Below are positions 1-8,716 of a stretch of DNA of 64,000 nucleotides, piece by piece. The translations under genes and the position numbers were made by a program. The stretch is from Gracilibacteraceae bacterium (lineage in GTDB: Bacteria > Bacillota > Desulfitobacteriia > Desulfitobacteriales > Syntrophobotulaceae). The stretch covers positions 4,952-68,951 of the forward strand of contig JAISAH010000084.1 in assembly GCA_031266805.1 (NCBI GenBank), in the 5' to 3' direction. The first letter of the stretch is position 1. Every line of letters starts with the position of its first letter. Below the pieces are notes generated by a model. That model had not been told where the DNA came from and made no database searches. It saw only the letters and a list, made by a program, of their open reading frames with translations.

Positions 1-248
1 AGCAAGATCCCGAGCGGCACGGCCAGCGTCAGCGCCAAAACCGTACTGACAAGGATGCGGGCGGCGCTGACCAGAAAATGCCGGGCCAGATCCCCGGCGA
101 GCAGCAGGTGGACAAAAGCGGCCAGAGCGGCGGCGGGAGGCGGCAAAAACGGTTTGGCCAGAGCGAGACTGCCCGCCTGCCATGCCAGCAGTAACAGCGC
201 CGTCCCCAGCAGCGCCCCCAGGAAGCCGTATTTACCTTTTTTTACCAT
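1..248 (-). CDS. ABC transporter permease (NitT/TauT/ThiX-like), N-terminal part only; runs off the window edge
   Basis: Reverse translation from the ATG at 248 reads MVKKGKYGFLGALLGTALLLLAWQAGSLALAKPFLPPPAAALAAFVHLLLAGDLARHFLVSAARILVSTVLALTLAVPLGIL. This is the typical N-terminus of sulfonate/nitrate/HMP-type permeases. It is absent from the ORF track because it is truncated by the window. Confidence 0.65.
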   Translation of the reverse strand, partial: MVKKGKYGFLGALLGTALLLLAWQAGSLALAKPFLPPPAAALAAFVHLLLAGDLARHFLVSAARILVSTVLALTLAVPLGIL

Positions 249-309
249 GCCAGCCTCCTTCTGGATCTCTCTCCTTCGTCATTCCATCCCTGACGGGGGT
301 CACTCAACC

Positions 310-774
310 CTAATCAAAAAAGCGCAGGGGAAAATCATATACATTATGCCCTGTCGCCGGCGTTTCTCCCTCTATCGTGAGCGTGATCTCACTTTGCTCA
401 AAATGGGTGAGCAAAGTGTTGACCAAAGAGCCGAGCAGCTGATACTCCGCCGACGTGCCCTGGCCGAGGGACGCTCCGTAGGCGGCGTTCATATCGGCCC
501 GGCAGCTTCCGTCGCCGTCAATGGTAAAATCAAGCAGGGCGGACCCCTCTGGCAGCGCTTTCTCGCGGACCAGCCAAGAAACGATATCTTCCGGCGTTCC
601 GTCGGTCAAAACGGTCGCGGTGGTAAACCCGATCGCGTTTTCGCCGGGAAGATAGAGCGTCGCCGGAACGGCGGGCGTTTCAGCGGGGGGAGGCGAGGGA
701 GCGCTGCCGCAGGCGGCCAGAAGCGGTATCAGCGCCGCTGCGCAAATCCATATTGTAATTCTTTTTATCACCAT
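310..774 (-). CDS. GerMN-domain lipoprotein
   Basis: Signal peptide with lipobox (LLAAC GS). The C-terminal portion resembles GerMN (LYLPGENA...GSLVNTLL...ITLTIEGE). The ORF-track start at 786 is a TTG that lies inside the RBS, so the ATG at 774 is preferred. Confidence 0.55.
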   Translation of the reverse strand: MVIKRITIWICAAALIPLLAACGSAPSPPPAETPAVPATLYLPGENAIGFTTATVLTDGTPEDIVSWLVREKALPEGSALLDFTIDGDGSCRADMNAAYGASLGQGTSAEYQLLGSLVNTLLTHFEQSEITLTIEGETPATGHNVYDFPLRFFD

Positions 775-825
775 GTCACCTCTCAACTGTAATTTCAGTA
801 CAATGTGTTACTATTCAGAGATGGT

Positions 826-849
826 CATTCCGGCTTTATGCCGGAATCC
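826..849. repeat. REP-like palindromic element, copy 1 (CATTCCGGC-TTTAT-GCCGGAATCC)
   Basis: 8-9 bp GC-rich hairpin. Same family as 863-886, 2788-2811 and 51524-51547, but in the opposite orientation. Confidence 0.7.
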
Positions 850-862
850 ATCCCTGTTTTTT

Positions 863-886
863 GGATTCCGGGACAAGCCCGGAATG
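863..886. repeat. REP-like palindromic element, copy 2 (GGATTCCGGGACAAGCCCGGAATG)
   Basis: Identical 24-mer to 2788-2811. Preceded by CTGTTTTTTGG, as is the copy at 51524. Confidence 0.75.
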
Positions 887-998
887 CAGGTACGAGACTG
901 CCGCTAAAGCGGCATAGTCGAGTCCGTACTGTGGTTTAGAGCGCCTTGTGCCGTAGGCGCTTAGGCGCTCTTGCCAACAGTGACGAGAAGGGATTGTA

Positions 999-1748
999 TC
1001 AACCTCGCAGTAAAGACCGCAAGCTTCGGCAGCAGGCGTCATACGCGGCAGTGCCGCGATAATTCTGAGTGCGAGCGCCATTATTTTCCAAAACGCGGCC
1101 GACGCTCCCCGGCTCTCCCTTGCCCCAGATGATTATTTTTTCGCCGAGAAACGCCGCTTCCTCGATGCTGTGCGTCACCAGCAGAAAAGTCAGGCCCTCC
1201 GCGCACAAGGCCCGCACGGTCTCCTGCAAGGTCTCCCGCGTCAGGGCGTCCAGGGCGGAAAACGGCTCGTCCATGAGCAAAAGGCGCGGTGAGCTGACGA
1301 TAGCCCGGGCGATGGCCACCCGCTGTCTTTGCCCTCCGGAAAGGCGGCTCGGGTATTTATCCCGCTGCTCCCAGAGGCCGAGTTCCCGCAGCGCGCTCTC
1401 CGCCTCCGCTTTGGCCCGCGCCGCCGGCCAGCCTCTGATCAGCAGGGGGAGCGCCGCGTTGGCCATGACGGTTTTCCAGGGAAAAAGGCCGTATTCCTGC
1501 AAAATAACGCTGATATCCGCGTGCGGGCCGGAGAGCGGTTCCCCGGCCAGATAAACGGCGCCGGTCAGCGGCCGGAGCAGCCCGGCCGCCAAGTGGAGAA
1601 ACGTGGTTTTGCCGCAGCCGGACGGGCCGATGACCGCCCAGCGCTCGCCCCGGGCGACCGTCAAAGAAACGCCGCGCAAGAGCAGATCGCCCGCGTCGCC
1701 GCCTTTGGCCGCGCCGTAGCCGAAACTCACGTTTTCCAAACGCAGCAT
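999..1748 (-). CDS. ABC transporter ATP-binding protein (NitT/TauT family)
   Basis: Starts MLRLENVSFGY. Walker A GPSGCGKTT, signature LSGGQRQR, Walker B LLLMDEPFSALD. The ATG at 1748 overlaps the upstream stop as ATGA. The longer ORF-track N-terminus is an arginine-rich artefact. Confidence 0.88.
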   Translation of the reverse strand: MLRLENVSFGYGAAKGGDAGDLLLRGVSLTVARGERWAVIGPSGCGKTTFLHLAAGLLRPLTGAVYLAGEPLSGPHADISVILQEYGLFPWKTVMANAALPLLIRGWPAARAKAEAESALRELGLWEQRDKYPSRLSGGQRQRVAIARAIVSSPRLLLMDEPFSALDALTRETLQETVRALCAEGLTFLLVTHSIEEAAFLGEKIIIWGKGEPGSVGRVLENNGARTQNYRGTAAYDACCRSLRSLLRG

Positions 1749-2842
1749 CAGTCCGCTCCGGCAATAAGGGCCGCGGCCAGAGCTGTGTCCACTGTTTCCG
1801 CGTATGAGTAAGCTTCGGCTAATAGTCCGCGCTCCACCAGCCAGTCCATCACCCGGGTCAGGTCTTCCTCCGCCGGCAGAGCGCCCGGCGTGTAAGAGGG
1901 GGTGGGATAAGTCGCGCTGAGTTCCGCCGGCACATTGGCCGTCTCCAGGCAAAAATCCCGGTAAGCGTCCGGATTTTCGTTGATTAGGCGCATCGCGGCA
2001 AAATAAGCGGCCAGCACCCGGCTGACCTCGTCCCGGCGTTCCCTGAGCGCGGTCTCGGTCGCCAGCGTCACGGACTGGGATAAATTCACGCCCAGCGCCG
2101 TATCGTCTATCAGCACGGGGCAGCCGGCCTGTACGGCGTAAGCGGCCAGCGGATCAGGCAAAATGGCCATCTGGACGTCCCGGCCTTCGATCAAGGCCTC
2201 CACCCGGAGCATCAGATTCGGCATGCTGACGATCTGCACGTCGGATAGATCCGGGGCGAAAAACCCCAGGGCGGCGAATTGGGACAGGAGAAAATCCATC
2301 ATCGTATTGCTGGATATAGCCACCGTCTTGCCCGCGACGCCGGCGATCCTGCCGTCCGCTCCGCCGGGAGAGGGCGCCGTCAGAGCGCTCCCGGGCGCGC
2401 CCACGAGCAGAAAACGCCCTTCCGCCGGCGTCGCGCCAAAAGCGACGGCTACGACCTTGGTGTCCGTCCCGCCTTTGCGCATCAGCGCCTGCACGATCAG
2501 GTCGTTCATCGCCATATCCAATTCGCCGGCCTCCATGGCCTGGGCCTGGTCGGCGCTGCTGTTGAACGGCACGAGCCGGACCGTGACGCCGTGGGCGGCG
2601 AATAGTCCTTCTTTTTCCGCCACATAAAAAGGAACGGAGTCGTCGATGCGCAAAAGCCCGATTTTGATCACCGCGGCGCTCGGATCAGCCGAGGGCGTTT
2701 CCAGCCCGGCGGGGCCGCCGCAGGCCGCAAGAAGTAAAACCAGCAGCGCCGGGATCAAGACCCGCAGGCTCTTTGCTGCTGGCCGATGGATTCCGGGACA
2801 AGCCCGGAATGACGAGAGGAAAAATACCGTCAATGATCTCAT
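1748..2842 (-). CDS. NMT1/THI5-like ABC substrate-binding lipoprotein (ThiY/SsuA-like)
   Basis: Lipobox LLLAAC GG, then IKIGLLRIDDSVPFYVAEKEGLF..., typical of NMT1/THI5-type binding proteins. Lies between thiC and the ATPase. The start forms an ATGA overlap with the upstream stop. Confidence 0.78.
   Translation of the reverse strand: MRSLTVFFLSSFRACPGIHRPAAKSLRVLIPALLVLLLAACGGPAGLETPSADPSAAVIKIGLLRIDDSVPFYVAEKEGLFAAHGVTVRLVPFNSSADQAQAMEAGELDMAMNDLIVQALMRKGGTDTKVVAVAFGATPAEGRFLLVGAPGSALTAPSPGGADGRIAGVAGKTVAISSNTMMDFLLSQFAALGFFAPDLSDVQIVSMPNLMLRVEALIEGRDVQMAILPDPLAAYAVQAGCPVLIDDTALGVNLSQSVTLATETALRERRDEVSRVLAAYFAAMRLINENPDAYRDFCLETANVPAELSATYPTPSYTPGALPAEEDLTRVMDWLVERGLLAEAYSYAETVDTALAAALIAGAD
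2788..2811. repeat. REP-like palindromic element, copy 3, inside the 5' end of the binding-protein ORF
   Basis: GGATTCCGGGACAAGCCCGGAATG, identical to 863-886. It translates on the minus strand as part of SFRACPGIHRP. Confidence 0.75.
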
Positions 2843-3987
2843 TCCGCTTCCTCCAGATAATCCGCGCTGACCCAGGCTAGCTGCGGATAACGCGAAAAGC
2901 CGACGTAGGCCCAGCCGTCCCGGCGGGCGTGTACGAGGGCCATATCGTCCCTATTCAGGCGGCCGCTGATGGCAAAATTCGTTCCCGGCCCCGTCCGCGT
3001 GTTGAGGACGCTGTCCACCCCGCGCACCCGCGCCCAGCGCGGCGGCGTTAATTCGGCTGTTTCCGGCGTCACTTCCGGCGACGGCATCGACGACCCTGGC
3101 CACGAGGCGACCGACGCCCCGTATTTGGCGAGATAGGCCAGCGGGTAATCCTCCGCGCCGCTCAGCTGAAAACGCAGGACCAGACGCGACCAGATCACCG
3201 GGACCAGCGCGGGATCCGCCCCAGTGACCAGGTCGGTCAGCGCCCGCTCGTAGAGGGCCTGATTGACCGAATACGAACTGTATAAGGAATCGTCCCTTTC
3301 CACGATTTCCGGATAGGCCCGCACGAGCACCTGTAAATTGCCGCTGGGATCCAGGAAGTCCGGACTTTCCTCGAAATAGATCACATCGGCAAAAGCGGTG
3401 AAAACGCCGTCTTCCTCCGTCAGCGCGGTCAGGCGGTAATAACTCATGCCATTAAAATCCCAGCCGCCGGTGCTGCTGTAAAGCCCGTCTTTGAAGGCAA
3501 AAGGCTTGGAAGAATGATCGGTGTAAACGAAAGCGGGCATAAGAGAGTTCGTCAGACGCCTGAACTCGGCGGCTGGTATGACGCCGCCTATCGGAGATCC
3601 GTCTTGCTCCATCGACAATTCCAACCAAATATACCTGGTCAGCGCGTCCCAATCAGGAGGGGCCGCCGGGCTGAAAACGGGCATGGCATAGATTTCATAA
3701 TGGCGAGCGCGAGCGGCATAATAGCGGTAGAACGCTTCCGTGAGCAACTTAGCATCCGCCTCGCCCCGGCTCAGATAAAGGGGCCAGTCGCTCTCGCTCA
3801 CAGCCGATGGCGGCGGTGTTTCCGGTGGAGGCGGGACGGACGGCGGCGCGGGATCTGTTTCCGCCGCGGCGGGCGGATCGGCCGGGATCACCGGGGGCGT
3901 TTCCACCCCGGCGGGACCGCCGCAGGCCGCAAGGAGTAACACCAGCAGCGCCGGGATTAGTGGTAATCGTTTACAAAACATCCACAT
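2839..3987 (-). CDS. Lipoprotein with Pro-rich linker and C-terminal SH3b domain
   Basis: Lipobox LLLAAC GG, then a PPxxP-rich linker. The C-terminus [45 protein letters not shown]...AWVSADYL is SH3b-like. Confidence 0.65.
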   Translation of the reverse strand: MWMFCKRLPLIPALLVLLLAACGGPAGVETPPVIPADPPAAAETDPAPPSVPPPPETPPPSAVSESDWPLYLSRGEADAKLLTEAFYRYYAARARHYEIYAMPVFSPAAPPDWDALTRYIWLELSMEQDGSPIGGVIPAAEFRRLTNSLMPAFVYTDHSSKPFAFKDGLYSSTGGWDFNGMSYYRLTALTEEDGVFTAFADVIYFEESPDFLDPSGNLQVLVRAYPEIVERDDSLYSSYSVNQALYERALTDLVTGADPALVPVIWSRLVLRFQLSGAEDYPLAYLAKYGASVASWPGSSMPSPEVTPETAELTPPRWARVRGVDSVLNTRTGPGTNFAISGRLNRDDMALVHARRDGWAYVGFSRYPQLAWVSADYLEEAE

Positions 3988-5272
3988 AATCCCCGGCCAG
4001 GGCCTTGTTCATGCTGCGGATGGCGCAAAACTTACCGCACATGGAGCAGGTGTCCTCCTCCGCCGGCGCGGCCGCCGCCCGGTAAGCCCGCGCTTTTTCC
4101 CCGTCCAGGGCCAGCGCGAACTGCGCCTCCCAGTCCAGCGCTCGCCGCGCTTCGGCCATGCGCCGGTCCGCCTCCCGCGCCCCGGGGACGCCTTTGGCGA
4201 TATCGCCGGCGTGGGCGGCAATCCTAGCGGCCATGATCCCGTCTTTCATATCCTGCAGATCCGGCAGGGCCAAATGTTCCGCCGGGGTGACATAACAGAG
4301 AAAAGCCGCGCCCGCCGCCGCCGCGACCGCGCCGCCGATGGCGGAAGTGATATGGTCATAGCCGGGGGCGATATCCGTGACCAGCGGGCCGAGGACGTAA
4401 AACGGCGCGCCTTTACAAATCGTCTGCTGCAGCTTCATATTAGCGGCGATCTGGTCGAGCGGCATATGCCCTGGCCCCTCCACCATGACCTGCACGTCCC
4501 GCGCCCAGGCCCTCTCCGTCAGCTCGCCCAGCCGCACCAGTTCCTCGATCTGGCAGCGGTCGGAAGCGTCCTCGATACAGCCGGGCCGGCAGGCGTCGCC
4601 CAAACTGACCGTCACGTCGTACTCGCGGCAGATATCCAGCAGTTCGTCAAAATACTCGTAAAAAGGATTTTCCTCCCCCGTCGCCGCCATCCAGGCAAAA
4701 ACCAGCGAGCCGCCGCGGGAAACTATATTCAGCAGACGCTTGTTTTCTTTGATCTGGGCGACGGTTTTCCGCGTGATGCCGCAGTGCAAAGTGGCAAAAT
4801 CCACGCCGTCCTCGGCGTGAGCGCGGACCACGGCCAGAAAATCCCGCGCCGTCAGCTCGTCCAGCGGCCGCTGAAAACGGATGACGGCGTCATACACCGG
4901 CACCGTCCCGATAGCGGCGGGACAATCCCGCACCAGCCGGCGGCGAAACTCGCGCGTATCGCCATGCGAGCTCAGGTCCATGATGGCGTGCGCGCCCATG
5001 GCGACGGCGGCGCTCACCTTTTCTATTTCCATATCATAATCTTTGCGGTCTTTGGACACGCCCAGATTCACGTTGATCTTGGTCCGCAGCATGGAGCCGA
5101 CGCCTTCCGCGCTCAGCGCTGCATGGCCGCGGTTAGCGGGAATGACCACGACCCCCTTGGCCGCGAGCGCCCTGATCTCCTCCGCGGTCCGCCCCTCTTT
5201 TCCGGCGACCGTTTCTATTTCCTTGGTGATGCAGCCGCGCCGGGCCGCTTCCATTTGCGTCGCGTAACGCAT
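3971..5272 (-). CDS. thiC: Phosphomethylpyrimidine synthase
   Basis: 433 aa with hallmark ThiC motifs ([40 protein letters not shown]). Confidence 0.95.
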   Translation of the reverse strand: MRYATQMEAARRGCITKEIETVAGKEGRTAEEIRALAAKGVVVIPANRGHAALSAEGVGSMLRTKINVNLGVSKDRKDYDMEIEKVSAAVAMGAHAIMDLSSHGDTREFRRRLVRDCPAAIGTVPVYDAVIRFQRPLDELTARDFLAVVRAHAEDGVDFATLHCGITRKTVAQIKENKRLLNIVSRGGSLVFAWMAATGEENPFYEYFDELLDICREYDVTVSLGDACRPGCIEDASDRCQIEELVRLGELTERAWARDVQVMVEGPGHMPLDQIAANMKLQQTICKGAPFYVLGPLVTDIAPGYDHITSAIGGAVAAAAGAAFLCYVTPAEHLALPDLQDMKDGIMAARIAAHAGDIAKGVPGAREADRRMAEARRALDWEAQFALALDGEKARAYRAAAAPAEEDTCSMCGKFCAIRSMNKALAGDYVDVL

Positions 5273-5284
5273 GTCGTTCCTCCC

Positions 5285-5944
5285 TTACTTTCTTCGACCG
5301 GCGAGTTCCGCCGCCACCTCCGCCAGGCTCAGGCCCTGCTGGGCCAGCAGCACCAGCAGATGGTAAAACAAATCCGCGGTCTCGTAGCGGAGTTCCGCCG
5401 GCACGCGGTTTTTGGCGGCGATGATCACCTCCGCGCTCTCCTCGCCCACTTTTTTCAGGATCTTATCCAACCCTTGCTCAAACAAATACGTCGTGTAAGC
5501 GCCGGGGGGCATTTCCCGCCGCCGCTCGTCTATCAGCGCCGCCAGCGCCTCCAGCACGGGCCCCAGCGCCAGAGGCGGGACTTCCCCCGCCGCGCCGAGC
5601 GTCAGCCAACCGCCGTCCGCCATTTCTGGTGGTAAATTATGGAAACAAGAAAAATGCCCTTCATGGCAGGCGACGCCGCTTTGGCGCACGATGAGCAAAA
5701 CGCTGTCTTTGTCACAGTCCAGCCGCAGGGCGCGCAATTCCTGAAAATGCCCGGAGGTTTCCCCTTTGCGCCACAACTCGCCCCGGCTGCGGCTGTAATA
5801 ACAGGCCCGGCCTTCCCGCAGCGTCGCCGCCAGCGCTTCCCGGTTCATCCAGGCCAGCATGAGTACGGCCCCGCTCTCCTCGTCCTGCGCCACGGCGGGA
5901 ATCAGCCCCTCGGCGTTCCATTTTATATCGTCCATCCAGATCAT
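5285..5944 (-). CDS. hisI: Bifunctional phosphoribosyl-AMP cyclohydrolase / phosphoribosyl-ATP pyrophosphatase
   Basis: [21 protein letters not shown]...CHEG (HisI part) followed by [12 protein letters not shown]...[17 protein letters not shown] (HisE part). The ATG at 5944 overlaps the hisF stop as ATGA. Confidence 0.9.
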   Translation of the reverse strand: MIWMDDIKWNAEGLIPAVAQDEESGAVLMLAWMNREALAATLREGRACYYSRSRGELWRKGETSGHFQELRALRLDCDKDSVLLIVRQSGVACHEGHFSCFHNLPPEMADGGWLTLGAAGEVPPLALGPVLEALAALIDERRREMPPGAYTTYLFEQGLDKILKKVGEESAEVIIAAKNRVPAELRYETADLFYHLLVLLAQQGLSLAEVAAELAGRRK

Positions 5945-6714
5945 ACCGGCGCCTCCATCCGTCTCACGGCCACGCCCCGCGCCGCCAGATACTCCTTGCA
6001 CTCGCGGATACTGTACTCGCCGTAGTGAAAAATCGACGCCGCCAGCGCCGCGTCGGCCTCGCCCGCCAAAAAACCTTCCGCCAGATCTTCCGGAGCGCCG
6101 ACCCCGCCGCTGGCGATGAGCGGCAGACGTGTCAGACGGCTGACGGCGCGGTTCAGCTCGTTGTCATAGCCTTCCTTGGTGCCGTCTCTGTCCATCGAGG
6201 TCAGGAGGATCTCGCCCGCGCCGAGCTGTTCCGCCCGTTTTATCCATTCCAGGGCGTCCAGCCCCGTCGGCGTGCGGCCGCCGTTGATATAGACCTCCCA
6301 TTCCCCCGGCCCGCGCCGCCGCGCGTCCACGGCCAAAACAATACATTGGCTGCCAAAAGCGCGCGCCCCCTCGCCGATGAGACGCGGATCCCGCACCGCC
6401 GCCGTATTGAGGGACACCTTGTCGGCGCCGGCCCGCAACAGGCGGCGAATATCTTCGATCGCGCGAATGCCGCCCCCGACGGTAAAAGGGATGTAGACGT
6501 TTTCCGCCGTGCGGCGCGCCACGTCCGCCATGGTAGCCCGCCCCTCCGCCGAAGCGGAAATATCCAGGAAAACCAGCTCGTCCGCGCCTTCCCGGTCGTA
6601 GAGCGCCGCCAATTCCACCGGATCGCCCGCGTCGCGCAGATTGACAAAATTCGTTCCTTTGACCACGCGCCCCTCATGCACGTCCAGACAGGGGATGATC
6701 CGTTTCGCTAACAC
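5941..6714 (-). CDS. hisF: Imidazole glycerol phosphate synthase cyclase subunit
   Basis: [23 protein letters not shown]...[10 protein letters not shown]...IASGG. GTG start at 6714. The upstream part of the ORF-track entry is an Arg/Gly-rich artefact. Confidence 0.92.
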   Translation of the reverse strand: MLAKRIIPCLDVHEGRVVKGTNFVNLRDAGDPVELAALYDREGADELVFLDISASAEGRATMADVARRTAENVYIPFTVGGGIRAIEDIRRLLRAGADKVSLNTAAVRDPRLIGEGARAFGSQCIVLAVDARRRGPGEWEVYINGGRTPTGLDALEWIKRAEQLGAGEILLTSMDRDGTKEGYDNELNRAVSRLTRLPLIASGGVGAPEDLAEGFLAGEADAALAASIFHYGEYSIRECKEYLAARGVAVRRMEAPV

Positions 6715-7457
6715 GCCCGCTCTCCTTCCCGCCACAGACTGAGCGCCTCTGGCAGCGTAAAAGCCCCGCCGTATAGGGCCCGGCCGACGATAACGCCGTC
6801 CAGCCCCGCCCCGCCGGCCGCGGCCGCGCATACGCGGCGCAGATCCTCCAGCGCGGAGACGCCGCCGCTCACGATCACCCGCAGCCCGGTTTCCGCCGCC
6901 AAGCGGACGGAAGCCTCGATATTCGGCCCCGTCAGCATCCCGTCCCGGGCGATATCCGTATAAACAGCCACGGCCGCCCCGCATTCCTTCATGATCCGTC
7001 CCAGCTCCGCCGCGGTCAGGCCCTCGTCCGCCCCCCAGCCCTGGACCCGGACGCGCCCGTCCTGGGCGTCGATGCCCGCGACTATATGTTCCGGGCCGAA
7101 GCGGCGCACGGCTTCCCGCATCAATTCCGGGTCCCTAGCGGCGGCCGTGCCGAGCACCACCCGCTCCACGCCCAAAGCCAGCAGTTCCTCCGCCCGGGCC
7201 AGCGTGCGGACGCCGCCGCCGGTCTGCACTTTGAGAGGCGCGGCCGCGACGACGGCGCGCAGAGCCGCGTCGTTCACCGGTTGGCCGGCAAAAGCCCCGT
7301 CCAGATCCACCACATGCAAAAACTCGGCGCCGGCGGCGGCAAACTCGCGCGCGACCGCCGCCGGGTCGGCGGCGTAAACGGTCGCCGTTTCCATTTTACC
7401 CTGCGCCAGCCGCACGACCTGTCCGTCTTTTAAATCAATGGCCGGGTATAGGCGCAC
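6708..7457 (-). CDS. hisA: ProFAR isomerase
   Basis: [20 protein letters not shown]...[13 protein letters not shown]...GVIVGRALY. The GTG at 7457 was chosen by homology logic; it overlaps the hisH 3' end by 23 nt, so the exact start is uncertain. Confidence 0.85.
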   Translation of the reverse strand: MRLYPAIDLKDGQVVRLAQGKMETATVYAADPAAVAREFAAAGAEFLHVVDLDGAFAGQPVNDAALRAVVAAAPLKVQTGGGVRTLARAEELLALGVERVVLGTAAARDPELMREAVRRFGPEHIVAGIDAQDGRVRVQGWGADEGLTAAELGRIMKECGAAVAVYTDIARDGMLTGPNIEASVRLAAETGLRVIVSGGVSALEDLRRVCAAAAGGAGLDGVIVGRALYGGAFTLPEALSLWREGERAC

Positions 7458-8064
7458 CGCTCTCCACCCACTTTCCAAAATTATCCAATACACGCAGCCC
7501 CCAGCGGCTTGATTTTTCGGGATGAAACTGCGTCCCCCAGACGTTGTCCCGGCCGACCAGCGCCGCGAATTCCCCGCCGTAAGCGCAGACGCCGGCGCAG
7601 CAGTCCGCCTCAGAGGGGGCCGCGTAAAAAGAATGGACAAAATAAAAAAACGAATCCTGCGGGATCCCGGCGAACAGAGGGTTTTCCCTGACGATCCGCA
7701 GATTGTTCCAGCCCATATGCGGCACTTTGAGAGCGGAGGCGAAGCGCACGACCCGGCCGGGCAAGAGGCCCAGCCCCGCGTGTTCCCCGTGTTCCTCCCC
7801 CGCGTCGAACAAAATCTGCATACCGAGGCAGATGCCGAAAAACGGGCGGCCCGAGCGGACAAAATCATGCAGCGGCTCGATCCAGCCCCTGCCGGTCAGA
7901 GCGCCCATGGCGTCGGCAAAAGCGCCGACCCCGGGCAAGATCAGACCGCGGACGGCGGCGGCTTCCGCCGGTTCCCGCAGGATACGCGCCTCATAGCCTA
8001 GGCGTCGCAAAGCCTTATACACGCTGTGCAGATTACCGCGGTCGTAATCCACGATCCCGATCAT
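7435..8064 (-). CDS. hisH: Imidazole glycerol phosphate synthase glutaminase subunit
   Basis: MIGIVDYDRGNLHSVYKAL...LPGVGAF...GICLGMQ...VPHMGWN...FYFVHSF...QFHPEKS. Confidence 0.92.
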   Translation of the reverse strand: MIGIVDYDRGNLHSVYKALRRLGYEARILREPAEAAAVRGLILPGVGAFADAMGALTGRGWIEPLHDFVRSGRPFFGICLGMQILFDAGEEHGEHAGLGLLPGRVVRFASALKVPHMGWNNLRIVRENPLFAGIPQDSFFYFVHSFYAAPSEADCCAGVCAYGGEFAALVGRDNVWGTQFHPEKSSRWGLRVLDNFGKWVESGAPIPGH

Positions 8065-8107
8065 AGCGCCCTCCCAGCCGCCGCCGCTCTCCCCGCCGTT
8101 GCCGCCG

Positions 8108-8716
8108 TCACAGAACGCCTTTCGTGGAAAACACGCCGCGCACGCGCGGATCAAGGGCCGCGGCCTCGCCCATCGCCAAACCGGTGCCTTTGAATATGCT
8201 TTCCAAAATATGATGCCGGTTCCGCCCGGCCTGAAGGGTAATGTGCAGCGTGGCGCCCGCGTTCACGGCCAGCGCCCGGAAAAATTCCTCGGCCAGTTCG
8301 CAGGGAAAAGCCCCCGCCGTCCCGGTGAGCGGCGGGACATTCCAGGCGAGAAATCCCCTGCCGGAAAAATCCACCGCTACTTGCGCCAGCGCCTCATCCA
8401 TCGGCAAAAGAGCGCCGGCAACCCGCCGCACGCCTTTTTTTTCGCCTAGGGCGTCCGCGAGCAGCCGCCCTAGGACGATCCCGCAGTCTTCCACCGTGTG
8501 ATGGGCGTCCACCGCCAGATCCCCCCGCGCTTTCAGTTCCAGATCGAACAGGGCGAAGCGGCACCAGGCCGTGAGCATATGGTCAAAAAAACCGATCCCC
8601 GTGTCGGCCGCCGCCTCCCCGCCGCCGTCCAAACGCAGCCGCGCGCTGATCTCCGTCTCCAGCGTCCGGCGCTCCAATTTCGCTTCCCGCATCAAGATCC
8701 CCCCTTCACCCGTCAT
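8108..8716 (-). CDS. hisB: Imidazoleglycerol-phosphate dehydratase
   Basis: RRTLETEISARLRLDG...GIGFFDHML...HHTVED...RNRHHILESIFKG. The ATG at 8716 gives an ATGA overlap with the hisC stop. An ATG at 8692 is an alternative. Confidence 0.88.
   Translation of the reverse strand: MTGEGGILMREAKLERRTLETEISARLRLDGGGEAAADTGIGFFDHMLTAWCRFALFDLELKARGDLAVDAHHTVEDCGIVLGRLLADALGEKKGVRRVAGALLPMDEALAQVAVDFSGRGFLAWNVPPLTGTAGAFPCELAEEFFRALAVNAGATLHITLQAGRNRHHILESIFKGTGLAMGEAAALDPRVRGVFSTKGVL

Noticed and set aside
836-1081. 81-aa minus-strand ORF between the ABC ATPase and the GerMN lipoprotein gene
   Set aside because: It is assembled from the REP-like hairpins and the family-2-like repeat, and it overlaps the ATPase 3' end. 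It has no RBS, and its sequence (…GTRRSKPQYG…) looks like translated repeat DNA.
4211-5635. 474-aa plus-strand ORF antisense to thiC/hisIE. The same class of long antisense ORFs occurs at 9840-10907, 12121-13035, 26909-28081, 29959-30876, 33222-34328, 36814-37734, 39436-41034 and 43860-45044
   Set aside because: These are typical shadow ORFs of high-GC coding DNA: Arg/Gly/Pro/His-rich, no recognisable domains or RBS. In each case the opposite strand encodes a protein with unmistakable family motifs.
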